This document shows positions 54,538 to 64,000 of a stretch of DNA of 64,000 nt, in pieces. The notes beneath the pieces were generated by a model. The model saw nothing but the letters and a program-made list of their open reading frames with translations. It was not told the DNA's origin and made no database searches. Source of the DNA: Escherichia phage vB_EcoM_IME392; the sequence record MH719082.1; one strand, written 5' to 3'. How positions within the stretch are numbered: the stretch's first letter is position 1; each line of letters opens with the position of its first letter. Position numbers and translations under genes: made by a program.

Positions 54538-54879
54538 ATGGCAGCTAAATTTAAACGAGCTAGCGCTACGCTAACTAAATCTGAATCTACCATTTATACT
54601 ACTCCGGCTACTGGTGCTATAATCGTTGGAATCCTGGCAGCCCATAATGGTGTTACAGATGCTGCAGCTCAGTTTCAGCTTAAGATTAAACCTGCATCTG
54701 GAAATGATGTATACCTGCTAGGTAAAGACACTAATCTTCCTCAGAAGTCGGCATTGAATATCGATTCTGCTAAGGTAATTCTCATGGATGGTGATCAGGT
54801 AGTAGCTTCAGCATCTGCTGTAGATACTTCTAATAACTCGAACATGGTAGACCTGACTCTTTCCATTGTGGAGAACTAA
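54538..54879 (+). CDS. Hypothetical tail protein
   Basis: 113-aa ORF with AAGGA RBS. Confidence 0.4.
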   Translation: MAAKFKRASATLTKSESTIYTTPATGAIIVGILAAHNGVTDAAAQFQLKIKPASGNDVYLLGKDTNLPQKSALNIDSAKVILMDGDQVVASASAVDTSNNSNMVDLTLSIVEN

Positions 54880-54880
54880 T

Positions 54881-56227
54881 ATGGGTGGTTATATTGGTTT
54901 CAATCCATCTGATGGTGCTGGTGAACTTCGTAATGAATTGACTCCTAAGATCAAGAACAACCAGGATAACATCATCGAGTTGTGGGCGAATGACTTAGCC
55001 GATTGTGGTTACAATCTGGCAGCTACTTTCGAGTTCGGTGGTATCTTATCTAACCGATTCGATCTGGTAGTATCTCTTGATCGTCAGCGTGCATATTCAT
55101 GGAAGGGTAACTTTCCAGTAGATATTGCAAACGCACCTATCACCCATTCTAATTGGGTACCTTGGTCGATCGACCAAATGGGTGCTGGTAACTTATTGGA
55201 AGTTAAGTGGGTATCCTCTCGTAAGTTATTAGGGTCACCATTATGGGGTGGATTCGTAGCAGCTGATGGTGGTATCTTCTCACGTATCTTGTATCCTGAT
55301 ACTTGGGCAGCAGTCAATGCTGGACTAGTACAAGTATGTCCTGAAGCTGACTGGGTAGCTGATCCTACTAAGCGCCACTGCTATACTACTGGTGATGGTA
55401 CTACTACCTTCCGAGTACCTGACTTAAATGGTGCGTACCGTCATCCTAGTGACTCCTCTAAGAACTCCATTCCAGGATTATTCTTACGTGGTGATAATGG
55501 TAGTGACTACGGATACGTCCAGCGTAATGCTGCACCTAATATTACTGGTATTATACAAGGTCGTACTTCTGGTACTTATGGTCGACTATTCAGTCAATCT
55601 ACTATTAATAGTGGAGCATTACAAACTAGTGATGAGAATGGTGGTGAATTCGCTACTGGTACAGTAACTGCATCGACTCCATCTGATCGTATGAGTAAGT
55701 TACTATTTGATGCATCAAAATCACTTACACCAGGTGCTGAGGCTTACGGTCGTGCTGAACCTAATGGTGCACCTGCTGATGAAGTCCGACCTAACAGTGC
55801 AGTAGGTTGTTACGCTATCCGTCTACAAGGTCGAGTTGTGAATCCCGGTACGGTGGATCTGTTATCATTAGTTGATACAGTTGCAGGTATGACTATAGGT
55901 AATACACCTAGCAGTAATCAGATTCCTAACATGAAGCATTGGACTCGTGGAGGGTCAGGTCGTGCATGGTGGAGGAAAGAACCTGATGGATTCATTAGAC
56001 AGGGAGGATTCTTTACTGCTAATGTTAGACCTGGTTCAGGTACTAAAGTGTACGTTGATGTAACATGGGCTATACCATTCCCTAATGAATGTAACTCAGT
56101 AACCGTAGGTGATGCTGGATTCGGTGATGGTAATATGTGGGGCGCCACTAATATCACCAGGACTGGAGCTCGTTTATGGTGTAGCGCAGTAGGCGAGGGT
56201 GGTTACTACTTGGCTGAGGGCTACTAA
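54881..56227 (+). CDS. Tail fibre protein with phage tail-collar-type domain (receptor-binding protein 1)
   Basis: ORF track 54866..56227; ATG at 54881. Contains YPDTWAAVNAGLVQVCPEADWVADPTKRHCYTTGDGTTTFRVPDLNGAYRHP, a tail-collar-type motif. Followed by a Tfa-like chaperone gene. Confidence 0.55.
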   Translation: MGGYIGFNPSDGAGELRNELTPKIKNNQDNIIELWANDLADCGYNLAATFEFGGILSNRFDLVVSLDRQRAYSWKGNFPVDIANAPITHSNWVPWSIDQMGAGNLLEVKWVSSRKLLGSPLWGGFVAADGGIFSRILYPDTWAAVNAGLVQVCPEADWVADPTKRHCYTTGDGTTTFRVPDLNGAYRHPSDSSKNSIPGLFLRGDNGSDYGYVQRNAAPNITGIIQGRTSGTYGRLFSQSTINSGALQTSDENGGEFATGTVTASTPSDRMSKLLFDASKSLTPGAEAYGRAEPNGAPADEVRPNSAVGCYAIRLQGRVVNPGTVDLLSLVDTVAGMTIGNTPSSNQIPNMKHWTRGGSGRAWWRKEPDGFIRQGGFFTANVRPGSGTKVYVDVTWAIPFPNECNSVTVGDAGFGDGNMWGATNITRTGARLWCSAVGEGGYYLAEGY

Positions 56228-56655
56228 TGGCTAATTATCTATATAGCAATTCTCGTAAATCGTTCTATCCAGTATCGTTAATAGAAAATTATCAAAATAG
56301 CATAAACGGATTACCTGAAGATTTAGTAGAAGTCAGTGATTCTGACTTTAATGAATTTTCTCAGAGTCGTACTAATGAGTGCTGTAATTTAACTGAATCA
56401 GGATTCGAGTGGATTCCTAAAGGTCCTGAACCAGTATCAGTCGAAGATGCTCATCGTATCAAGAGTATCTTGATAAATAGTGCTAATAAGACTATTAGTA
56501 CCTGGCAGACTAAGTTGATGCTTAATAGACTATCTGACGAAGATAAAGTCAAACTGAATGCTTGGTTGGACTACATCGATGAGCTGGAAGCTATCAATCC
56601 TGACTCAGTAGAAGATACATCAGCTATCCCGTGGCCTACTGCTCCTGAAGCATAA
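56227..56655 (+). CDS. Tail fibre assembly protein (Tfa-like chaperone) 1
   Basis: 142 aa. C-terminus LSDEDKVKLNAWLDYIDELEAINPDSVEDTSAIPWPTAPEA, paralogous to 58118..58726; lies directly downstream of a fibre gene. Confidence 0.55.
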   Translation: MANYLYSNSRKSFYPVSLIENYQNSINGLPEDLVEVSDSDFNEFSQSRTNECCNLTESGFEWIPKGPEPVSVEDAHRIKSILINSANKTISTWQTKLMLNRLSDEDKVKLNAWLDYIDELEAINPDSVEDTSAIPWPTAPEA

Positions 56656-56666
56656 AGAGGTATAAA

Positions 56667-58118
56667 ATGTCAAATGGATATATTGGTACCTACCCTAAAT
56701 TCGCTATTTATTCTCCTGAGAAATTGGCGAAAGGTACCACCACTAAGACTCTGCAGTATGCTCCAGGATCAGCTTATGCAATTCTGGTAGTAGTAGGCGG
56801 GGCGATTCAGGAACCTAACGTAGCCTATACTGTAGCAGGTAATGTCATTACTTTCACGGAGACGCTCCCGTACGATGGATGGGTTCAGTACCGTGGACTT
56901 GAAGGTAAGGATGCTACTGACTTTATCGCAGCTGCAGGTGATCCAGTACTATCAGCACGTTGGGCATTCTCACGTGATCATATCTGGGATGGATTCGTTC
57001 CACTAGATGGTCAGGAATTATCTCGTGCTATGTACCCGTCAGCATGGGAGGCTATCAATGCTGGATTAGTACCAGTCGAGGATGATGCTGCATGGTTGGC
57101 TGATCCCAAGAAACGTGCATCGTTTACTAAGGGTGATGGTACTTCAACATTCCGAGTACCTGACCTTAATGGTAAGTTGGGTGATTCTATAAAGGGACTG
57201 CACATCCGTGGAGATAATGGTGATTCAGCTCGTACCGGTAAAGTACTCCAGAATGGCGCTCCGAATATTACAGGATACACTAATTTATTAGGGTATAACA
57301 CATGGGCAAATAATGCCGGAGCGGCCAACGGTGCATTAAACTTAAGCCAGGGTTTAGCATTCTCCAACGGTACCGATTTAGTTGTAAACTCTTCTTACAG
57401 AGAATTAAGAGCTAATTTAGATGCATCTAAATCTAATGCATCTTATGGTCGTGACGGCACTGATGAAGTGCGTCCTAATGCAGCTATTGGATGCTGGGTA
57501 GTCAAGTTATTCGCAGGTATCGCTAATGCTGGTGTAGCTGATCTGCAGCAAGTGCTAGTCACGTTAGCTGGTAAGATGGATAAGACCAAGTACGAATTCG
57601 GTGTACCAATGATTGGCGTACCATTCTACTGGCCATCGGATAAGATGCCTGATGAAGTATATCCTGAGCTGAAAGGTATGCACTTCATCCAAGCTCGTGG
57701 TGATAACTTCGATGCTGAACTGTATCCTAAGTTAGCTACTGTTTATCCTAATAATAAGTTACCAGATTTACGTGGTGAATTCATCCGTGGTTGGGATGAC
57801 GGACGTGAAGTGGATACTGGACGAGCTCTGCTATCGCGTCAATCACATTCAATTATTGAACACTCACACTATATGGAGTTGTGGACAGGTGACGTACTTC
57901 ATTCTGGGGATGCTAGAGATGGGGTAAATGCAGGAGTACTGGCTACCTATGGTGATGGTGGGTCAATTAAATCTGACGAATCAGGTAATCATGTACCCTC
58001 CTTAGTACGAGCTATTAATACTCGTAATATTAATCGTTACAACGTAAATAGCGAAAATATAAGCACAGAAAACCGTCCACGTAACGTAGCATATAACATC
58101 ATTGTAAGGGCATTATAA
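56667..58118 (+). CDS. Tail fibre protein with tail-collar-type domain (receptor-binding protein 2; paralogue of 54881..56227)
   Basis: 483 aa. YPSAWEAINAGLVPVEDDAAWLADPKKRASFTKGDGTSTFRVPDLNGKL and KLPDLRGEFIRGWDDGREVDTGR. Confidence 0.55.
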   Translation: MSNGYIGTYPKFAIYSPEKLAKGTTTKTLQYAPGSAYAILVVVGGAIQEPNVAYTVAGNVITFTETLPYDGWVQYRGLEGKDATDFIAAAGDPVLSARWAFSRDHIWDGFVPLDGQELSRAMYPSAWEAINAGLVPVEDDAAWLADPKKRASFTKGDGTSTFRVPDLNGKLGDSIKGLHIRGDNGDSARTGKVLQNGAPNITGYTNLLGYNTWANNAGAANGALNLSQGLAFSNGTDLVVNSSYRELRANLDASKSNASYGRDGTDEVRPNAAIGCWVVKLFAGIANAGVADLQQVLVTLAGKMDKTKYEFGVPMIGVPFYWPSDKMPDEVYPELKGMHFIQARGDNFDAELYPKLATVYPNNKLPDLRGEFIRGWDDGREVDTGRALLSRQSHSIIEHSHYMELWTGDVLHSGDARDGVNAGVLATYGDGGSIKSDESGNHVPSLVRAINTRNINRYNVNSENISTENRPRNVAYNIIVRAL

Positions 58119-58726
58119 TGAGCATTGAATTTAACGATCAAGGTTTTGCCACCACTTCTGGTAAAGTGATGGTTTATAACTACAATGAAGATACTCGTGA
58201 ATTCACATTTAATCGTGAAGAGTTTATCTACGTAGGTGTATCGGTACCAGCTCACTCCACAATCGTTCCAGTGCCTGCAGAACGTGAAGGATATGCTCGA
58301 GTGTATCATGAAGATACCAAGAAGTGGGAATATGTAGAAGATCACCGTGGAGTAGAAGTTTACTCAAAAGCTGATCAAACTAAAGTAACTATCCAGGAAC
58401 TCGGACCTATCGACGATATCTACACTACGATTGCTCCTACTTCAATCCATGATAATTGGGATGAAGATACTGGTGCATGGGTACTAGATGAAGTTGCTGA
58501 GCACGAAGCTAAGGTGGTTGCGGCTGATGCCAAGAAAGTAACATTGATTGAGGATGCTAATGCTTATATCAATAGTAAGCAGTGGCCATCCAAACTGGCA
58601 ATGGGCCGACTGAGCGATGCTGATAAAGTCAAGTTCAATTTGTGGCTAGATTATCAGGAGGAAGTAGAAGCTATTGAAACTACTGATCCTGATACTATCG
58701 TATGGCCAGAAGCACCTGCTAAGTAA
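58118..58726 (+). CDS. Tail fibre assembly protein (Tfa-like chaperone) 2
   Basis: 202 aa. C-terminus LSDADKVKFNLWLDYQEEVEAIETTDPDTIVWPEAPAK. ATG overlaps the upstream stop (TAATG). Confidence 0.55.
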   Translation: MSIEFNDQGFATTSGKVMVYNYNEDTREFTFNREEFIYVGVSVPAHSTIVPVPAEREGYARVYHEDTKKWEYVEDHRGVEVYSKADQTKVTIQELGPIDDIYTTIAPTSIHDNWDEDTGAWVLDEVAEHEAKVVAADAKKVTLIEDANAYINSKQWPSKLAMGRLSDADKVKFNLWLDYQEEVEAIETTDPDTIVWPEAPAK

Positions 58727-58801
58727 TATTTATTAAGGGGTAGTTATGTCAATTAATTACATGACTCCAGATAGTATCGTGATTGTAAGTGAGGTGTCAA
58801 T

Positions 58802-59425
58802 ATGAGCCTCACCCGTCTTAAGTATTTAATGAACGAAGGTACAGATGCTGAAGTTGAAGCGTATCTACGCCAGCTGGGTATCGGTAATGGAGCTCCATTA
58901 ATAGGAGTACCGTTCCCGTGGGTTCATCCTACCAAGATGCCTGATGAGATATTTACTTCAATGAAGGGTATGCGATTTCTGAAGATGAATGGTCAGACAT
59001 TCGATCCAGAAACATACCCAGAACTGGCTAAGCTATGGACAACTAATCAGTTACAAGATCTACGTGCACAATTTATCCGTGGATGGGATGACGGTCGAGG
59101 CATGGATGCAGGACGAACGATCAATACTGGTCAGTCAGATTCTGCCCCAGAAATATCTGGTTGGTTCAGGACTGTTAATACTGAGAATGCATCAATCTGG
59201 GAAAGCATAACATCAGGATTTGGTTCTGGAGCTCTCTACGGTACTAATACTAAAGGTCAGTATTATAGATTAGCGGGACTTCCAATGGATATTAACGCTA
59301 CCTATAAGTATCCTACAGTAATTAACTTCTTGGCATCACGATCATCTTCAGTATATGGACGAAACGGCACCAATGAAATTGTACCTAAAAACGTAGCATT
59401 TCTGTACATCGTTCGAGCTAAATAA
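58802..59425 (+). CDS. Short tail fibre-like protein with tail-collar-type motif
   Basis: 207 aa. IGVPFPWVHPTKMPDEIF and LQDLRAQFIRGWDDGRGMDAGR. Confidence 0.45.
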   Translation: MSLTRLKYLMNEGTDAEVEAYLRQLGIGNGAPLIGVPFPWVHPTKMPDEIFTSMKGMRFLKMNGQTFDPETYPELAKLWTTNQLQDLRAQFIRGWDDGRGMDAGRTINTGQSDSAPEISGWFRTVNTENASIWESITSGFGSGALYGTNTKGQYYRLAGLPMDINATYKYPTVINFLASRSSSVYGRNGTNEIVPKNVAFLYIVRAK

Positions 59426-59504
59426 ATAAATAGCTACAATAGCAGGTGCAACTTGTACATGGGTTATGATAAACGAAGTGTTGACAATATCATAGGGTGA
59501 TTAA

Positions 59505-62492
59505 ATGTCTTATAATCCAATTGTAGAAGGGTCAACTTGGCCCGAGACTATTCGCCGCTTAGAAAAGACGGATAGGGCAGAAGGCGGTCAACTAGTTACT
59601 AATTCTAAGGATGAACCAGTATCCGGACATATTAATCATCCAATAACCCAATTAGCTACTAGAACCTCCATTTTAAAAAAGTCTAATTTATCGATAATTA
59701 ATAATACTAAAGAACAGTGGAAGTTATTACTCGGTGACTTAGGACTAACTCTTGTTGGCACTTTTGAAGAAGGTGCTACAGTAAACAGTAAAAAGGATGC
59801 TGTCTGGCATATTGATGGTGGCCAGTGCTACGTGTGGGGTGGCGTGCTCCCTAAGACTGTATATGCTAACTCCTCACCGCTAACTACTGGTGGTGTCTCT
59901 TCTGATGCTTGGGTTAGTATTGGTGATACCGCACTGCGAGGGCAAATATCAGACCCGGATGGTGCAACAAAATACCCCGAATTGCAGATTGCTCGATGGC
60001 GTGACATTTTCGACCCTCGTGGTTGGGGAGCTAAAGGTGATGGATTAGTCGATGATACTGTGGCTCTTAATAATCTGTTAAGCGCTGCTCCAGTAGGTCA
60101 GAAAATTAATGGTAACGGCAGAACCTATAAAGTATCCGCACTTCCAGATATTAGCAGATTCGTTAACACTCGTTTCGTTTATGAGCGTATTCCTGGCCAG
60201 CCGCTTTATTATGTATCTGACGAGTTTGTTCAGGGTGAGTTAATTAAAATAACCGATACCCCTTATTACAATGCTTGGCCTCAGGATAAAGCGTTCGTTT
60301 ACGACGATGTTATTTACTGTCCGTTCATGGCTAGCGATCGGCACGGGGTTAGCAGGCTTCATGTATCCTGGGTTCGCTCAGGTGATGACGGACAGACCTG
60401 GACGACCCCGGAGTGGCTAACTGACCTACACCCTAATTACCCAACAGTTAACTACCACTGTATGAGTATGGGGGTGATGCGTAATCGTCTCTTTGCGATG
60501 ATTGAGACCCGTACTTTAGCAGCTAACGCATTAGTGACCTGTGAGTTGTGGGATCGCCCCATGTCCCGTAACTACCATCTGACAGGTGGTATAACAAAAG
60601 CTGCCAACCAGCCTGTGGCTGTAATTACCATCCCTGAACACGGTCTTTTTGCTGGGGATTTTGTTAACTTCTCGAACTCTGGGGTGACTGGCGTTTCTGG
60701 GAATATGACTGTAACTTCAGTTATTGACCGCAACACGTTTACAGTTACCACGCCAAATCAACAAGCATTCGACCAAAATAACTCTACCAGCCGCTGGCAT
60801 ATGGGGACATCGTTCCATCAGTCACCATGGCGTAAAACCAGCCTTGGATTGATCCCTATGGTTACCGAGGTTCACAGTTTTACCGCCATCAATAACGATT
60901 CATTCATGATGGGGTACCATCAGGGTGATGTTGCTCCGCGTGAAGTAGGTATGTTGTATTTCCCTGATGCATTTAACAATCCTGGGCATTATATAAAACG
61001 ACGTATCCCTGCTGAATATGAGCCGGATGCGGCAGAACCCTGTGTTAAATATTTTGACGGTGTTCTTTATGTTGTAACCCGTGGAACTCGGTCGGACCGT
61101 CTGGGTAGTTCGCTTCATCGTAGTAATGATTTGGGTATAACCTGGCAATCATTGAGGTTCCCGAATAATGTCCACCACTCCACCCTGCCATTCGCTAAGG
61201 TAGGAAACGAACTGATTCTTTTCGGCACTGAACGCGCCGACAACGAGTGGGAAGCAAACGCACCCGACCAGCGATATTTTAGTTCTTACCCACGAACGTT
61301 TTACACGCGAGTGAACCTCGACACCTGGAACCTGGATAATACTCAGTGGGTGAATATCACTGACCAGATTTATCAGGGTGGTATTGTTAACTCTGGCGTC
61401 GGTGTCGGATCGGTCGTCGTGAAAGATAGTTATATCTATTACATGTTCGGTGGGGAAGACCATCTGAACCCATGGACATATGGAGATAACTTAGAGAAAG
61501 ACCCATTCAAATCAGACGGTCATCCCTCAGATTTGTATTGTTACAAAATGCAGATCGGTCCAGACAATCGTGTTTCTCGTGATTTCAGGTACGGTGCTGT
61601 ACCTGACAGAGCGGTTCCAGTGTTTTTTGATACGAATGGAGTTCGCACTGTTCCTGCTCCAATGGAATTTACAGGGGATTTGGGTTTAGGTCATGTGACC
61701 ATTAGAGCCAGCACCAGTAGTAACATTCGCTCTGAAGTTTTAATGGAAGGTGAGTATGGGTTTATCGGGAAATCTGTACCGACTAATAACCCTGCAGGTC
61801 AGCGCATCATATTTTGCGGAGGCGACGGTACCAGTTCTTCTACTGGTGCACAGATTACGCTTTACGGTGCGAGTAACACAGCTTCTCGCAGGATAGTTTA
61901 CAACGGAGATGAGCATCTGTTTCGGAGTGCTGATGTTAAGCCTTATAACGATAACGTCATTGCGCTTGGTGGGCCTAGCAACCGTTTCACCACTGCATAC
62001 CTCGGAAGCAACCCTATTGTTACTTCTAACGGAGAGAAGAAAACAGAGCCGGTAGTTTTTGATGATGCTTTTTTAGATGCTTGGGGCGATGTTCATTACA
62101 TCATGTATCAGTGGTTGGATTCTGTACACCTGAAAGGAAATGACGCTAGAATCCATTTTGGCGTAATTGCTCAGCAGATCCGCGATGTATTCATTGCTCA
62201 CGGTCTGATGGATGAGAACAGCACGGATTGCCGCTATGCTGTTCTGTGTTACGACAAATATCCTCGCATGACAGACATGGTGTTCTCTCACTATGAAATA
62301 GTTGAACACACTGACGAGGAGGGTAATGTCACTACCACGGAAGAACCTGTATACACCGAGGTGGTTATTCACGAAGAGGGTGAGGAGTGGGGTGTGAGGC
62401 CTGATGGAATTTTCTTTGCTGAGGCAGCATTCCAGAGAAGAAGACTGGAAAGAATCGAAGCCAGACTTTCCGATCTTGAAAAGAAGCAGTAA
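59505..62492 (+). CDS. Tailspike: endosialidase-like (sialidase beta-propeller with Asp-boxes) with C-terminal intramolecular chaperone domain
   Basis: 995 aa. N-terminal adapter module (QCYVWGGVLPKTVYANSSPLTTGG); two Asp-box/BNR motifs SGDDGQTW and SNDLGITW; C-terminal region ending in the coiled-coil RRLERIEARLSDLEKKQ, typical of autoproteolytic chaperone domains. Confidence 0.65.
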   Translation: MSYNPIVEGSTWPETIRRLEKTDRAEGGQLVTNSKDEPVSGHINHPITQLATRTSILKKSNLSIINNTKEQWKLLLGDLGLTLVGTFEEGATVNSKKDAVWHIDGGQCYVWGGVLPKTVYANSSPLTTGGVSSDAWVSIGDTALRGQISDPDGATKYPELQIARWRDIFDPRGWGAKGDGLVDDTVALNNLLSAAPVGQKINGNGRTYKVSALPDISRFVNTRFVYERIPGQPLYYVSDEFVQGELIKITDTPYYNAWPQDKAFVYDDVIYCPFMASDRHGVSRLHVSWVRSGDDGQTWTTPEWLTDLHPNYPTVNYHCMSMGVMRNRLFAMIETRTLAANALVTCELWDRPMSRNYHLTGGITKAANQPVAVITIPEHGLFAGDFVNFSNSGVTGVSGNMTVTSVIDRNTFTVTTPNQQAFDQNNSTSRWHMGTSFHQSPWRKTSLGLIPMVTEVHSFTAINNDSFMMGYHQGDVAPREVGMLYFPDAFNNPGHYIKRRIPAEYEPDAAEPCVKYFDGVLYVVTRGTRSDRLGSSLHRSNDLGITWQSLRFPNNVHHSTLPFAKVGNELILFGTERADNEWEANAPDQRYFSSYPRTFYTRVNLDTWNLDNTQWVNITDQIYQGGIVNSGVGVGSVVVKDSYIYYMFGGEDHLNPWTYGDNLEKDPFKSDGHPSDLYCYKMQIGPDNRVSRDFRYGAVPDRAVPVFFDTNGVRTVPAPMEFTGDLGLGHVTIRASTSSNIRSEVLMEGEYGFIGKSVPTNNPAGQRIIFCGGDGTSSSTGAQITLYGASNTASRRIVYNGDEHLFRSADVKPYNDNVIALGGPSNRFTTAYLGSNPIVTSNGEKKTEPVVFDDAFLDAWGDVHYIMYQWLDSVHLKGNDARIHFGVIAQQIRDVFIAHGLMDENSTDCRYAVLCYDKYPRMTDMVFSHYEIVEHTDEEGNVTTTEEPVYTEVVIHEEGEEWGVRPDGIFFAEAAFQRRRLERIEARLSDLEKKQ

Positions 62493-62615
62493 ATAAAGAC
62501 TTTTACCGTAGGTAGGAGAAGGTAGAGGCTTCAATTTAAGATTTAACTTAAACTAATCACCACTCTAAAGTTACTAAGTGTTTGTACATCATGTAATATT
62601 TTATGGAGATCACCA

Positions 62616-64000
62616 ATGGGCGGTCGTTCTAAGTTATTTAGCGAACTGGGCGGAGCTCCTCTTAATACTTATCAGCATGATAACCAGACTCTCGATATTC
62701 GCGAGTTAGAAAATCAGCAGAAAGTATTAGACGAGACTCTTGCCGAAACAATAGGCAACGTTAACGAGTTGCAACAGACTGCTGGTCAGTCTATGTATAT
62801 CCTCGGTAACTATGCCTCCGGAATGGTGATCGAGAACGACCGCCAGTACGTCAGATATGATAATCTGCTGTACTATTGGACTGGTCCTGTACCGTTCACT
62901 ACCACCGGCAACTTCTACGAAGAATCCTACTGGACTGGTGGGGTACAGAGCGGTATCGAGTGGAGTTACGAGGTACAGGAAGATGGGGAATTCGAGTTTA
63001 ATATTCCTTACTCCTTTACCAACGTACGTCTATTCGTAGGTGGTGTCCGCCTTACTCGCGTAGAAGATTACACTATCGATGTGATTAATCGCAAGATCAC
63101 TCTGACTAAGGTTAAGCTGTCGAAGGGTGTCCTGGTGACTGCCGAGCTGAACTCTCGTGATGCTCTTAGCGTTACCCAGGATCGCATCGATAGCCTTACC
63201 AGAGAGATCTCAGAGAAAGTAGGTTTCGTTAATTACAAACTTACTGATCTGTCTGAAGGTCAGAGCCTGACTCTCACTACCAGAGTCCAGACTGTAAGCT
63301 TCTCAGTAAATGGGGAGTATTATAAATGGGATGGCGTTCTTCCTAAAGTTGTTAATTATGGAGATCCGGAGCCATCTCAATCTGAACAGGGGACTGGTAA
63401 GTGGATTCCTGTAGGTTCTGGTGCTCTTAAGTCAGAGCTCATGACTGCTGGCGAAACTACTGGTGCTGCTATTGTCTATCTGAGATATGGTGGCACGGTG
63501 GCTGATGGTATTCGATACATCACCCCAGAAATGGCTCGAGCTAAAGGCGACGGTACTACGGACGATACAGCAGCTCTTCGCTCTGCTGTTACCCTGGCTA
63601 AGACTTATGGTCTTAAGCTTATGGGTATGGGTACTTACAAGATCTCTAACCAATCGGTGGATATTTCCGGGGTAGTGATCGAGAACCTAACCATAGTTGG
63701 TACCGGTGCTAGTTCACAGCTGCTGGTTAATGGCGATACGGACATAACTAAGCTGAACCTTAGCAAATGCGGTATTCGTCACATCAACGGTATCTTTAAA
63801 CTCGACCAGTTCGAAATTAATGACTGTTCTGCGACTGCTGCTCTGCTGTGTCAGCAATTAGCAGCTAATAGCCAACTGTTCGTCACTAATGGTATTATGC
63901 GTCGCTGTAACTATGGTTACCTCCGTCAGGGTAGTCCTGCATCTTCCAAGCCGCTCACTGCGACTCTGCTACAGAACTTACAGTTCTTCGACATGAAGAG
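62616..64000 (+). CDS. Second tailspike, right-handed beta-helix depolymerase-like (pectate-lyase-fold), 3' end beyond window
   Basis: ATG at 62616 with GGAG RBS; open to the window end (not in ORF track). N-terminal adapter module (EYYKWDGVLPKVVNYGDPEPSQSEQGTGKWIPVG), then GDGTTDDTAALRSAVTLA, the characteristic start of pectate-lyase-type beta-helix glycanase domains. Confidence 0.55.
   Translation, partial: MGGRSKLFSELGGAPLNTYQHDNQTLDIRELENQQKVLDETLAETIGNVNELQQTAGQSMYILGNYASGMVIENDRQYVRYDNLLYYWTGPVPFTTTGNFYEESYWTGGVQSGIEWSYEVQEDGEFEFNIPYSFTNVRLFVGGVRLTRVEDYTIDVINRKITLTKVKLSKGVLVTAELNSRDALSVTQDRIDSLTREISEKVGFVNYKLTDLSEGQSLTLTTRVQTVSFSVNGEYYKWDGVLPKVVNYGDPEPSQSEQGTGKWIPVGSGALKSELMTAGETTGAAIVYLRYGGTVADGIRYITPEMARAKGDGTTDDTAALRSAVTLAKTYGLKLMGMGTYKISNQSVDISGVVIENLTIVGTGASSQLLVNGDTDITKLNLSKCGIRHINGIFKLDQFEINDCSATAALLCQQLAANSQLFVTNGIMRRCNYGYLRQGSPASSKPLTATLLQNLQFFDMK

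Noticed and set aside
59481-59486. TTGACA hexamer upstream of the endosialidase gene as a -35 element
   Set aside because: No acceptable -10 hexamer at 16-19 bp spacing; the start codon follows too closely.

Overview
This window reads as part of a large virulent tailed phage (myovirus-type, contractile tail) of an enterobacterial host, organised in two arms. Positions 1-29,200 carry tightly packed minus-strand genes: a putative DNA base-modification module (thymidylate-synthase-family enzyme, P-loop kinase, three glycosyltransferase-like proteins, a PIG-L/LmbE deacetylase, a SAM methyltransferase and, unexpectedly, a BCCT-family membrane transporter), then T4-like replication and recombination genes (topoisomerase II subunits, a fused Mre11/SbcD-Rad50/SbcC protein, RNase H/FEN, DnaB-like helicase, UvsW-like helicase, RusA-like resolvase), then a 2.4 kb non-coding region with tRNA-Met(CAT), tRNA-Arg(TCT) and several strongly structured elements. 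Positions 29,300-64,000 carry plus-strand late genes: terminase, portal, scaffold/protease, major capsid, tail sheath and tube, tape measure with a GH19-like lysozyme domain, a P2/Mu-type baseplate set, and a multi-component receptor-binding arsenal (duplicated tail-fibre plus assembly-chaperone pairs, an endosialidase-like tailspike with a C-terminal intramolecular chaperone domain, and a second beta-helix depolymerase-like tailspike). The most striking non-genic signal is a bipartite motif (TTAACAGCCTTT, 8-10 nt, AAAAGAGCGG) present at least 15 times, always in the same orientation and only in the minus-strand arm, mostly 20-70 bp upstream of gene starts. All calls come from reading the sequence and the ORF track, with motifs and family assignments recalled from memory; no database search was run.
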